DNA from: an uncultured Spirochaetota bacterium
GTDB taxonomy: Bacteria; Spirochaetota; Spirochaetia; SZUA-6; Fen-1364
Assembly (NCBI GenBank): GCA_963820525.1
Contig: CAWGAA010000002.1
Coordinates: forward strand, 544,001-608,000
Direction of reading: 5' to 3'
Length of the DNA: 64,000 nucleotides
The translations under genes and the position numbers were made by a program. Shown piece after piece: positions 1 to 8,741 of this stretch. The stretch's first letter is position 1. Every line of letters starts with the position of its first letter. Below the pieces are notes generated by a model. The model made no database searches and was not told where the DNA came from. It was given only the letters and a program-made list of their open reading frames with translations.

Positions 1-1
1 C

Positions 2-370
2 GAAGCTGAAATGCCCCATCTGGCCAACGTAAAATCACGTTCTGTGAAGATGCAACAAGAGTATCATAGAGGCGGAGCTCAGCCGCCCACACAAACAGTT
101 GACAGGCATGATGTTATCCACCGTTACTGGAGTGAGCTCACCACAGTCCTCTCAGATTTAGAACTTACTCGTGATGAAGCCAATGGACTCGCCAAGCTGA
201 GGAATCAACTGAAGTTGACACAAGAAGAAATCAAAGGAATGCATGCTCGCGTTTTTGCGGATCTTCTACTTCTTACGATCGAAGACAGAATCATAAGCGC
301 TGACGAACAAAACCAGATTCAGCGCCTCTATAGGTGCCTCGCGAAGCTCGGATGGGCACCGGGACAGTAA
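2..370 (+). CDS. 5'-truncated protein; C-terminal TerB-like helical repeats
   Basis: Frame is open from position 2. Two 'D..(L/I)(T/S).DE...(L/I)..L' units (DLELTRDEANGL, DRIISADEQNQI). Visibly more AT-rich than the rest of the window. Confidence 0.55.
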   Translation, partial: EAEMPHLANVKSRSVKMQQEYHRGGAQPPTQTVDRHDVIHRYWSELTTVLSDLELTRDEANGLAKLRNQLKLTQEEIKGMHARVFADLLLLTIEDRIISADEQNQIQRLYRCLAKLGWAPGQ

Positions 371-512
371 AAGCCATAGTTATCTCCGTACGTGCATCCC
401 AGTCGTCAAAGTAGGCTTGAGAGATTCACTGTCGATCGATTGACCCTATCGTTGCACTAAATCTGGCGTTTATGTGATGCGGAGGAGCGACTTTATATTA
501 TAAAGAATTGTA

Positions 513-598
513 TGCCGGAGACGGGACTTGAACCCGTACAGCCCTTGCGGGCCGGGGGATTTTAAGTCCCCTGTGTCTCCCAATTCCACCACTCCGGC
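513..598 (-). tRNA. tRNA-Leu (anticodon TAA), CCA not encoded
   Basis: Reverse complement GCCGGAG-TGGTGGAATTGGGAGACAC-AGGGGA-CT-TAA-AA-TCCCC, long variable arm, GGGTTCAAGTCCC, CTCCGGC-A. Acceptor, anticodon and T stems pair. Confidence 0.97.
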
Positions 599-687
599 GC
601 ATGGACGTGCAAGGGCGGCCGAGACAAGGATGTCGGAAGGCCGCCCCGACGCATGGACGTGCGCGTGCGCTGCAAGCCAAGGATGGC
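597..687 (+). repeat. Cluster of four short hairpins with ANGGA(T/C) loops
   Basis: GCGC-ATGGAC-GTGC (597-610); GAC-AAGGAT-GTC (623-634) nested in GGGCGGCC/GGCCGCCC; CGC-ATGGAC-GTG (650-661); GCC-AAGGAT-GGC (676-687). Confidence 0.75.
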
Positions 688-913
688 GGTCTGCGGTGGC
701 CCGGCGCATTCAACTGATTGCAGTAAAGAGAGTTAGCCGCCCGCCAATTCCTCCAACGTCATGTAGTCTTCCATCGGTTCATCAATGTGTCAAGCTTCCT
801 ATTGCAGAATCTTGTGATCAAGGATTCATGCCCCACAGAAAGTCTTACCCTATATGTGATTATAGTATATACCCAATGTAGCTACATGATACGGGGGCAA
901 CGGGAGGAATGCG

Positions 914-1732
914 ATGGCAATAAAGGGTGAATGGATTCGCTACGAGGATCAGACAGGCTACTTTGCGGTGCCCGACCGCGCGGCGGAGCCGCTGCCCGCT
1001 GTCGTGGTCATCCAGGAAGTCATGGGGGTGAACGAGCATATCGAGGACGTGACCCGCCGCATCGCGGCGGCCGGCTATGCGGCCCTTGCTCCGGATCTTT
1101 TCGCGGTCGGGGGGGCGCGACCGGCGCCTCTCACGCGGGAGCGGATCGCGGAGAGCATGGCTTTCGGCGCCAGGCTCCCTCCTGGCGCGGCGTTTGACCC
1201 GGCCAGGAGGCAGGAGGCGCTTGCGAAGCTTCCCGAGGCGGAGCGGATTCGAATAAGCGAGACGTACCAGCAGATGTTCGGGTCTGCCGCGCCGGGGCGG
1301 ATGGAAACCCTGGTGGCCCCTTTGAAAACCGCCGTTCGCCACCTGCTCACGCGGCAAAAAGAAACACGCGGGCAGAGGGTCGGCTGCGTGGGCTTCTGCA
1401 TGGGAGGCGGGCTTTCAGCTCTCCTGGCCTGTGAAGAAGAGGATCTCTCCTGCGCCGCCGTCTATTACGGAAACACGCCTGCCCCCGAGAAGATCGCAAA
1501 GGTCCATTGCCCGGTCATCGCCTTCTACGGCGCCGCTGACCAGCGGGTCAACGCGGGCATTCCCACTTTCCAGGAAGGGATGAAAAAGGCAGGCAAACCT
1601 TGCGAGCATCACATCTATGAAGGAGCCGGCCACGCGTTTTTCAATGACTCTGCGCCTTCGTATAACGTGAAGGCGGCCAGGGATTCCTTTTCGAGACTGC
1701 TTGCCTTCCTCCTGAAGAACCTCAGCGGGTAG
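914..1732 (+). CDS. Dienelactone hydrolase family protein
   Basis: Motifs VVIQEVMGV, GFCMGG (nucleophile Cys), YGAAD, AGHAF. GGAGG SD upstream. Confidence 0.93.
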   Translation: MAIKGEWIRYEDQTGYFAVPDRAAEPLPAVVVIQEVMGVNEHIEDVTRRIAAAGYAALAPDLFAVGGARPAPLTRERIAESMAFGARLPPGAAFDPARRQEALAKLPEAERIRISETYQQMFGSAAPGRMETLVAPLKTAVRHLLTRQKETRGQRVGCVGFCMGGGLSALLACEEEDLSCAAVYYGNTPAPEKIAKVHCPVIAFYGAADQRVNAGIPTFQEGMKKAGKPCEHHIYEGAGHAFFNDSAPSYNVKAARDSFSRLLAFLLKNLSG

Positions 1733-1740
1733 GCGGGGAG

Positions 1741-2892
1741 GTGAGTCTCCATCGCGAATGCCTTGTGATGGCAAAGCCCGCGGGCCCCCTCTGCAACATG
1801 CGCTGCCGCTACTGCTATTACCTGGGCAAGGAGTCCCTGTTCCCCCGCGGATTGGGCCGGATGGATGACGACCTTCTGGAGAGGTACATCAGCCAGCGGC
1901 TGCAAACCTCGCCCGGGCCCGTCACTCATTTCGAGTGGCACGGCGGGGAACCGACCCTCCTCGGGCTCGAGTATTTCGGGAAGATTGTCAATATCCAGAA
2001 AAAATGCCTCCCGCCGGGACGAACCGTAACGAATGGGCTTCAGACCAACGGCCTGCTCTTGGATGAACAGTGGGCCGGCTTTCTTGCCCGTGAGGAATTC
2101 TCCGTAGGCTTGAGCCTGGATGGCCCCGCCGGGCTTCATGACGTGTACAGACGGACCGCGGAAGGAGCGCCCACCCACGACCGCGTTGTGACAGCCTTCA
2201 GATTGCTCAAAGTGCGCAAAGTCTTTTGTAACGTGCTCTGCGTTCTGCATGCCAAAAACGCATCGAAACCGGATGAGCTCTACGACTTTTTCAAGAGCAT
2301 CGGTGTGACGCATTTGCAGTTCCTTCCTGTCGTCTCTCCCATGGCACGAGGCGGCGTGAGCCCCGTGACAGCCTCACCTGAGGTGATCGGGGCGTTCCTC
2401 TGCAGGATCTTTGATCGATGGATACAGCGGGATGTGGGACGGATCGTGATTCAGAGCTTTGACGAAGCTCTGCGCCCAATCTACGGCGTTCCGCACGCCC
2501 TCTGCGTCCACAGGGAAACGTGCGGAGATGTCGCCGTATTGGAGCACGATGGAGGATTCTATGCCTGCGATCATTTTGTCGATTCCCGGCACTTCATCGG
2601 GAACCTGCGGGAACGAAGCCTGGCCGAATTGGCCTCCGATCCACGGATGATCCAATTCGGCAAAGCCAAAAAAGACTCGCTTCCCCGGGTCTGCCTCGGA
2701 TGTGACGTCCTCTCTTCGTGCAACGGAGGCTGTCCCAAGGACAGGGTGATGATGTCCCCTGACGGTGAGGCCGGGCTGAACTACCTCTGCCCTGCATACC
2801 AGAGGTTCTTCCGCCACAGCAAACCGATCCTCACTCGCCTGGCGGCCCACATGAAGGCGGGACTGCCCCTGAGGGAATTTTCCACCCCGTAA
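1741..2892 (+). CDS. Anaerobic sulfatase maturase (radical SAM/SPASM)
   Basis: KPAGPLCNMRCRYCYY, WHGGEP, QTNG, SLDGP, YACDHFV, C-x2-C...CNGGCPKDR, NYLC. Confidence 0.92.
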   Translation: MSLHRECLVMAKPAGPLCNMRCRYCYYLGKESLFPRGLGRMDDDLLERYISQRLQTSPGPVTHFEWHGGEPTLLGLEYFGKIVNIQKKCLPPGRTVTNGLQTNGLLLDEQWAGFLAREEFSVGLSLDGPAGLHDVYRRTAEGAPTHDRVVTAFRLLKVRKVFCNVLCVLHAKNASKPDELYDFFKSIGVTHLQFLPVVSPMARGGVSPVTASPEVIGAFLCRIFDRWIQRDVGRIVIQSFDEALRPIYGVPHALCVHRETCGDVAVLEHDGGFYACDHFVDSRHFIGNLRERSLAELASDPRMIQFGKAKKDSLPRVCLGCDVLSSCNGGCPKDRVMMSPDGEAGLNYLCPAYQRFFRHSKPILTRLAAHMKAGLPLREFSTP

Positions 2893-3011
2893 GGACTGAT
2901 ATTTCGGAGCGTCGGCTCCGTGAACTGGGTCATTATAGTTCCTCTCGGCGGGCTGGCAAGCGGTGGCGGGACGGCCGAGAATGGGTACAGGCTGGGCGGC
3001 GAGGCGCCCAG

Positions 3012-3039
3012 TCAAGGCTATATCGTTAATCGCCGAACA
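3012..3039 (+). promoter_or_regulatory. Possible sigma-28 (FliA)-type promoter
   Basis: TCAAG-N15-GCCGAACA, ending 17 bp before the LysM/M23 ATG. Resembles the better-matching flgF promoter. Confidence 0.4.
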
Positions 3040-3056
3040 TAAACGTAGGCTTTTCC

Positions 3057-3893
3057 ATGGACAGCCGTATCATAAGAATAGTGCTCATCGTCTTTCTCAC
3101 GCTCCCTGCGGCGGGCCTCTCCGCCGAAACCTCGACCTATACCATTCAGGAGGGTGAAACCCTCTTCGGCATCGCGAAAAAGATCCAGGTGCCTGTCGAG
3201 GTCCTGTGCGCCTACAATGCGATTGGAGATCCGAGCCGCGTCAAGGCCGGCGCCGTCGTGCGCCTTCCCCGGGCCTACAGCGTAAGGAAGGGCGATACAC
3301 TGTTTTCCATCGCGCGCTCTTTTTCCGTGCCGCTCGACGAGCTTTTGGCCCTCAACAAGATGCGCGAGTCCTCGCGCATCAAGCCGGGGACCAAGCTGTT
3401 CATTCCCGGTCCCAACAGGCAGGCGGCCGCGGCTTCCGAGCAGGTCAAGGGAGGGGAGGATCCCGGGCAGACGCGGGCTTCGTCACGTGCCGCCGCTCAG
3501 GATGGCGCGCCTGCCGTCGCGGACGATGCGAACGAGCGCATTGTCTGGCCTCACCCCGGCAAGCGGGAGCCGTTCTCCGGGAAGATCTCCGGGCTGGTAT
3601 TCCATGGAAACAGGGGGGACAGGGTCGTCTCCGCGAGCGGCGGAGAGGTGAAATGGGTGGGACCATACTGGGGGTGGGGCAAGACGATCATCGTCAGGGA
3701 CGACGGGGGCCTGCTCTTCATCTACGCGGGAAACGAAGACCTGATGGTGAACGTCGGAGACCGCGTGAAGCCCGGAACCGAGATCGCCAGGCTCGGCGCG
3801 AGCCCCCAGGACGGCGCGGCGCGGCTGTATTTCAGCATCCAGCAGAAAAACGGACAGGCCTTGAACCCGGAGAAGTACGTCTCCAGGGGCTAA
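3057..3893 (+). CDS. LysM + M23 peptidase-domain protein (NlpD-like)
   Basis: Signal peptide, two LysM repeats (YTIQEGETLFGIA, YSVRKGDTLFSIA). C-terminal M23-like domain lacks the HxxxD/HxH zinc ligands (ISGLVF, RLYFSI). Confidence 0.85.
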   Translation: MDSRIIRIVLIVFLTLPAAGLSAETSTYTIQEGETLFGIAKKIQVPVEVLCAYNAIGDPSRVKAGAVVRLPRAYSVRKGDTLFSIARSFSVPLDELLALNKMRESSRIKPGTKLFIPGPNRQAAAASEQVKGGEDPGQTRASSRAAAQDGAPAVADDANERIVWPHPGKREPFSGKISGLVFHGNRGDRVVSASGGEVKWVGPYWGWGKTIIVRDDGGLLFIYAGNEDLMVNVGDRVKPGTEIARLGASPQDGAARLYFSIQQKNGQALNPEKYVSRG

Positions 3894-3900
3894 GATAGGG

Positions 3901-4905
3901 GTGAGGGTAGATATGGGAAGGAACCTGTACAAGGGGGAAGCGGGAGCCTTGGTCGACGTGTTCGAGAGGCAGGAATCTCCCGAAGAGAAGGATCTCCTTG
4001 CGATGTACATCAAGCAGATCGCGCGATACCCGCTGCTCACCGCTGCCGACGAGCAGGAGATCGGGGAGGGGATCCAACGGACCCGGGAAGGGCTCTCCAA
4101 GCTGGACAGGGAGGGCACGGCCGGAAAGATCCAGCGCCGGGCGTTCCTGGGCAAGAAGACCGCCGCCGAAAGGTCCCTGACCCTATTGAAAAACAGGCTC
4201 ATCATGGGAAACCTGAGACTGGTGGTTTCAGTTGCCAAGAAGTACCAGCACCGCGGGGTATCGCTTCTGGACCTGATCGATGAGGGGAATATCGGTCTTA
4301 TCGAGGCCGTGGAGCGCTTCGATTACAGGAGGGGATGCCGGTTTTCAACCTATGGCACCTGGTGGATCAAGCAGGCCGTGATCAAGGCGCTGGCCGAGAA
4401 TGGAAAGGCGATCAAGATCCCCATTCACCTCCTCAACACGATCAAGAAGTGCTTTTCCATTGCCCGCCAGCTTACCCAGGAGCTGGGGCGGGAGCCCAGC
4501 AAGGCGGAGATAGCCAAATACCTCCGCGTCCCCACGTCCAAGGTGGAGGAGCTGATCAACCTCTCCAGCGAGCCGACTTCCCTTGATATGACTGTGGCGG
4601 GGGAGAACCCCACCAAGCTTTCGGACCTCATCAAGGATGAGAACACTGAAGAGCCGTTCGAATCCGCGTTCGCCATCGCGCTCCAGGATACCCTCTGCAT
4701 GGTGCTGGACAAGCTCAATGAGCGCGAAATGCGGATCATAAAGCTTCGATTCGGGCTGGATGGGGAAGGTCCCTTCACTCTCGAGGAGACGGGGAGAATC
4801 CTGGGGATCACCCGCGAGCGGGTTCGGCAGATCCAGGAACGGGCCATCTTCAAGCTGAAGCAGCTTCACCTTTCCCGCGAGCTGAAAGACTTCATGCAGG
4901 TATGA
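3901..4905 (+). CDS. RNA polymerase sigma-70 factor, RpoD/RpoS-like, no region 1.1
   Basis: Region 1.2 YIKQIARYPLLT; region 2 NLRLVVSVAKKY, DLIDEGNIGL, RFSTYGTWWIKQ; region 4 TLEETG...TRERVRQIQ. Confidence 0.95.
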   Translation: MRVDMGRNLYKGEAGALVDVFERQESPEEKDLLAMYIKQIARYPLLTAADEQEIGEGIQRTREGLSKLDREGTAGKIQRRAFLGKKTAAERSLTLLKNRLIMGNLRLVVSVAKKYQHRGVSLLDLIDEGNIGLIEAVERFDYRRGCRFSTYGTWWIKQAVIKALAENGKAIKIPIHLLNTIKKCFSIARQLTQELGREPSKAEIAKYLRVPTSKVEELINLSSEPTSLDMTVAGENPTKLSDLIKDENTEEPFESAFAIALQDTLCMVLDKLNEREMRIIKLRFGLDGEGPFTLEETGRILGITRERVRQIQERAIFKLKQLHLSRELKDFMQV

Positions 4906-4949
4906 AGTGATGACTGACCGCCGTCATGCCGATACTCTAGGCGGAAAGC

Positions 4950-4978
4950 TTGACATGCGGCTATGCCGAATTTACAAT
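4950..4978 (+). promoter_or_regulatory. Sigma-70 promoter for the amidohydrolase-cNMP operon
   Basis: TTGACA-N17-TACAAT. Confidence 0.75.
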
Positions 4979-5004
4979 AGGCTTGCATCTCAGAAGGAAA
5001 ATGC

Positions 5005-6240
5005 ATGCTCAACTCCTATGTGATGAGCGGTCTTACTATCGTCACCCCCGATACCGTCATTCCAGCTGGAAGCGTCCAGGTGGATCAGAGGAAGCTCGGT
5101 CGTCTCGGTGGCAAGAGCAAGCACGACATACGCTTCTCCTCGGGATATGCCGCGTTTCCCGCCCTCATCAACCTCCATGACCACTTCAACGGCAACTATT
5201 TGCCGAAGGTCGGTCCCCAGCCGGGGGAGTATTACCTGAACTGGGCCTATTGGGACAAGGATTTCAAGAACTCCCACGTGATCAGGAACGAGCGGTCGAA
5301 GATCAGTGTCGACGATCGCTACTTCCTGAGCGCCTACAAGAACCTCTTCGCGGGAGTCGTGACGGCGAACGATCACTTCCCCCACGAGTTGAACGAGCCT
5401 TTCATCCCGCGCATGCCCATGCGCGCCATCCGCAACTACTGCCTGTCTCACGCCTGCTCCTCCTTCGACCTGAAATGGGGAGACGGGTTCGAGATCGAGC
5501 ACCAGAGGGCGAAGGAAAGCGATTTCCCCTTCATCACCCACCTGGAGGAGGGCTTCGACCCGGAGACGATGAGGGGAGTCGAGACCCTGGATGAGAAGGG
5601 ATGCCTCGACGAGTACGACATTCTCATACACTGTGTCGCTTTCTCCGACGAGGATATCGAGAAGGTGAAGAGGGCGGGGGCCACGGTGGGCTGGTGCCCC
5701 AACTCCAACGTCTTCATGTACAACCTCACCTGCAAGATCAAGAAGATCCTCGCGGCGGGCATCAATGTGGGGCTGGGCACCGACTCGACGGCAACCGGCT
5801 CCGTCAACCTCCTGGAGGAGATGCGCTTCGCCCGGGAGATCTATCGCGCGATGTACGCGGAAGAGCTTTCAGCGCGGACGCTTGTGGACATGGTGACGGT
5901 GAACCCCGCGCGGGCGTTCCGCATGCAGAAGGAGATCGGAAGCCTGTCCGAGGGGAAGCTGGCCGACGTGCTGATCATCCGCCAGACCAGGGACGATCCC
6001 TACGAGTCGCTGGTGGAGCTCAGATTCGAGGACATCGAGCTTCTCATTCAGGAGGGCACGCCCATCTTCGGCGCCAAGACCCATGAGGAGCTTTTCGTAT
6101 CCCGTGAAGCGCAGTGTAAGGCCGTGAAGGTCAAGGGGAGGGACATGCTGGTGAAGGGCGATCCCGCCGCTCTCATGGAGAGGGTGCGCGCGGCGGTCGG
6201 TTTCCGCAAGTTTCTTGATTTCATTCCCCTCGATACATAG
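5005..6240 (+). CDS. Metal-dependent amidohydrolase, deaminase-like (SsnA/COG0402 type)
   Basis: INLHDH (HxH), THLEEG (HxxE), LIHC, WCPNSN, GLGTDS, TVNPA, GKLAD. Confidence 0.88.
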   Translation: MLNSYVMSGLTIVTPDTVIPAGSVQVDQRKLGRLGGKSKHDIRFSSGYAAFPALINLHDHFNGNYLPKVGPQPGEYYLNWAYWDKDFKNSHVIRNERSKISVDDRYFLSAYKNLFAGVVTANDHFPHELNEPFIPRMPMRAIRNYCLSHACSSFDLKWGDGFEIEHQRAKESDFPFITHLEEGFDPETMRGVETLDEKGCLDEYDILIHCVAFSDEDIEKVKRAGATVGWCPNSNVFMYNLTCKIKKILAAGINVGLGTDSTATGSVNLLEEMRFAREIYRAMYAEELSARTLVDMVTVNPARAFRMQKEIGSLSEGKLADVLIIRQTRDDPYESLVELRFEDIELLIQEGTPIFGAKTHEELFVSREAQCKAVKVKGRDMLVKGDPAALMERVRAAVGFRKFLDFIPLDT

Positions 6241-6263
6241 CTTGTTTCAGGAGCGAAGCGAAA

Positions 6264-7298
6264 GTGCCCAAGCCGATCCAGTATAGAGCCAACTCGATCA
6301 TCTACTTCAAGGGGGACGTGAGCGACAAGATCTTCGTCCTCAACGCGGGAAAGATCAGCCTGAACTACATCGATATCGAGACCGGCCAGGAAGTCCATGA
6401 CCTGATCAAGATGGGAGAGTTTTTCGGCGTGAAGTCGGCTCTGGGCAGGTACCCGCGGGAAGAGACAGCCGTTGTCCTGCAGGACTCCACGGTCATGGCC
6501 ATGACGGTCCCGGAGTTCGAGCTCCTCGCCCTGAAGAACACGCGCATCGTCACCAAGATGATGAAGGTGTTCTCCAACCAGCTCAGGCGGATCCAGCACC
6601 AGGTGCAGAACCTCCTGGCGGGAGACGAGCAGGTCAACCCCGAGACGGGGCTGTACAAGATCGGGGAGTACTACCTGAAGAACAAGCGCTACGCCCAGGC
6701 CCTCCATGCGTACCAACGCTACCTCGTGTACTACCCCAGCGGCTCGTTCGGGGCCGACGTCACGAGGAAGATCGAAATGGCGGAGGACTTCCTCGCCAAG
6801 TACGGGCAGGGGCAGGCGGTGGAAGTACCCCCGTCCCCAGCCCAGGCATGGGCGGCGGCCTCGGAGGCCCCCAAGGGAGGCCAGGGCGGCTCCGGCGGAG
6901 AGCTCTCCGAGCTCGCGCAGCAATACTACAATGCGGTGAGCCTCGTCAGCCAGGAGAAGTACAACGAAGCCTTCAAGGGCTTCAAGAAGATCGCAGAATC
7001 GGGGGGCGACCAGGAATACACGTCGAAAGCCGAGTTCGAGATGGCCAAGTGCCTTTTCTACCTCAAGCAGTTCGACTCCTGCGTGCGCGGCTTCACCTCC
7101 ATCATTCAGAAGTTCCCCAAGCACCCCGAGTTGAAGGAAGCCCTCTTCTTCGTGGGCCGCTCCTATGAGGAGCTGGGAGACAAGGCCAAAGCCGGCGGCC
7201 TGTACAAGAAGATCCTCACGATGGCCCCCGAAGACGACCCTGTTGTCCGACGCGCCAGGAAGGCGTTGAAAGCCATGGAGGGAGGAGAAAAGGCGTGA
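6264..7298 (+). CDS. Cyclic nucleotide-binding domain + TPR protein
   Basis: N-terminal cNMP domain (GEFFGVKSALGRYPREETA), then TPR/YbgF-like repeats (YLVYYPSG, KFPKHP, EALFFVGRSY). Confidence 0.88.
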   Translation: MPKPIQYRANSIIYFKGDVSDKIFVLNAGKISLNYIDIETGQEVHDLIKMGEFFGVKSALGRYPREETAVVLQDSTVMAMTVPEFELLALKNTRIVTKMMKVFSNQLRRIQHQVQNLLAGDEQVNPETGLYKIGEYYLKNKRYAQALHAYQRYLVYYPSGSFGADVTRKIEMAEDFLAKYGQGQAVEVPPSPAQAWAAASEAPKGGQGGSGGELSELAQQYYNAVSLVSQEKYNEAFKGFKKIAESGGDQEYTSKAEFEMAKCLFYLKQFDSCVRGFTSIIQKFPKHPELKEALFFVGRSYEELGDKAKAGGLYKKILTMAPEDDPVVRRARKALKAMEGGEKA

Positions 7299-7951
7299 GT
7301 CCCGCAGGCCTCGATCTCTCGATGTTCAACCGCTTCCAGGTCACCTTCCACAAGGGGGACATCATCTTCTGCGAGTACGAGCCCGGCGACACCTTCTACC
7401 TCATCCAGTCCGGCAGGGTGCAGATCGTGCGCATCATCGGGGAGCTGGAGAAGAACATCGATATCCTTTACCCCGGTGAGGTTTTCGGCGAGATGGCCAT
7501 CCTGGAGGAGGCGCCCCGCTCCGCCACGACGATCGCCCTCGACGACGTGAAGGCGCTCGAGTTCAACAGGGAGAACTTCGAGATCCTCATGATGGGAAAC
7601 CCCCAGATTGCCATGAAGCTCTTGAAGCTCTTCATCAAGCGCATCTACGACCAGAAACGGCGCTTCATGATCCTCACCCTGGAAGACGTCGAGGCGAAGG
7701 TGGCGGACGTGTTCCTCATGCTGGCCGAGAATCAATCCATAAGCACGACGTCAGCGGATTCCATCGACTTCAAGACAACCGTTGACGACATGGCGCATTG
7801 GGCGGGCATTCCGCCGGCCCAGTGCAAGGAAGTTCTCAACCACTTCGTCTCCCAGCGAAAAATCGAGCTTCATCCGGACAAAATCGTCGTAAAAAATATC
7901 AACGACATTGCCCGGTTCGTCAACTCCCGCCGGAAACACCAGGAAAAATAA
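7295..7951 (+). CDS. Crp/Fnr family regulator
   Basis: Canonical binding cassette GEVFGEMAILEEAPRSAT and a C-terminal HTH-like region. GTGA overlap with the upstream stop. Confidence 0.9.
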   Translation: MSPAGLDLSMFNRFQVTFHKGDIIFCEYEPGDTFYLIQSGRVQIVRIIGELEKNIDILYPGEVFGEMAILEEAPRSATTIALDDVKALEFNRENFEILMMGNPQIAMKLLKLFIKRIYDQKRRFMILTLEDVEAKVADVFLMLAENQSISTTSADSIDFKTTVDDMAHWAGIPPAQCKEVLNHFVSQRKIELHPDKIVVKNINDIARFVNSRRKHQEK

Positions 7952-8735
7952 GGAACTCAAGCAGCTTTTCCGCGAAGTCCACGGGACTCTCGAGGGCGGG
8001 GCTATGCCCGGAGCCGCGCACGATAGCCAGGCGCGCACCGGGGATGAAAGAAAGCGCCCGCCTGGCGATGGAGACGGGAACCACGGGGTCGCGCTCGCCC
8101 CAGAGCAGGAGCGTGGGCCTTCCGATCTCCCGGAGCCGCTCCGGGGGAATCCTCGGCAGCCCCTTCCAGCCCGTAGCACGCAGAATCCGACGGGCCAGAT
8201 TCCTGTCGAACGAAGGCCTTCCCCCGCGTCTCTCCCGGTCGGCAGGCGGGATATCCGCCGGGTTTCTCCAGAGGATTCGCCGAAGGATGAGGCGGGTCAG
8301 GGGGTTGGAAGGCACGACGAAAAGGGCGGCGGCGATCAATCCCAACGGCCTCATGCCGAGGCCGACGGAATCCGAGAGAACGAGCCGTTCGACGCGCCCG
8401 CTTCTTTCGATGGCGAATTGCGCCGCGATGGCGCCGCCGAGCGAATGTCCCACGATGTGGGCGCGCGAGATGCCCATGGCGTCCATGAAATCGGCAAGCC
8501 ACGCGGTGAGGGACGGCGCCGGGGACGCCGGCGAAAGGGTGGATGAGCCGAAGCCGGCGATATCGGGGGCAAGAACGAGGAAGCGCTCTGAAAGTCTTTC
8601 CAAGACGGGCTGCCAGAATCCGCCATGAGCCCCCATGCCGTGCAGGAGGATGACGGGAAAGCCGGCGCCGGAAGTCAGGCAGCTGGTTCGAACGGAGCCT
8701 GCCTGGACGAGTCGTCGTTCCGCCGCGGCGCGCAT
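7920..8735 (-). CDS. Alpha/beta hydrolase
   Basis: LLHGMG, PDIAGFG, GHSLGG, WGERD, SGHSP (Ser-Asp-His triad). Confidence 0.9.
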   Translation of the reverse strand: MRAAAERRLVQAGSVRTSCLTSGAGFPVILLHGMGAHGGFWQPVLERLSERFLVLAPDIAGFGSSTLSPASPAPSLTAWLADFMDAMGISRAHIVGHSLGGAIAAQFAIERSGRVERLVLSDSVGLGMRPLGLIAAALFVVPSNPLTRLILRRILWRNPADIPPADRERRGGRPSFDRNLARRILRATGWKGLPRIPPERLREIGRPTLLLWGERDPVVPVSIARRALSFIPGARLAIVRGSGHSPALESPVDFAEKLLEFLIFPGVSGGS

Positions 8736-8741
8736 GCCGGG

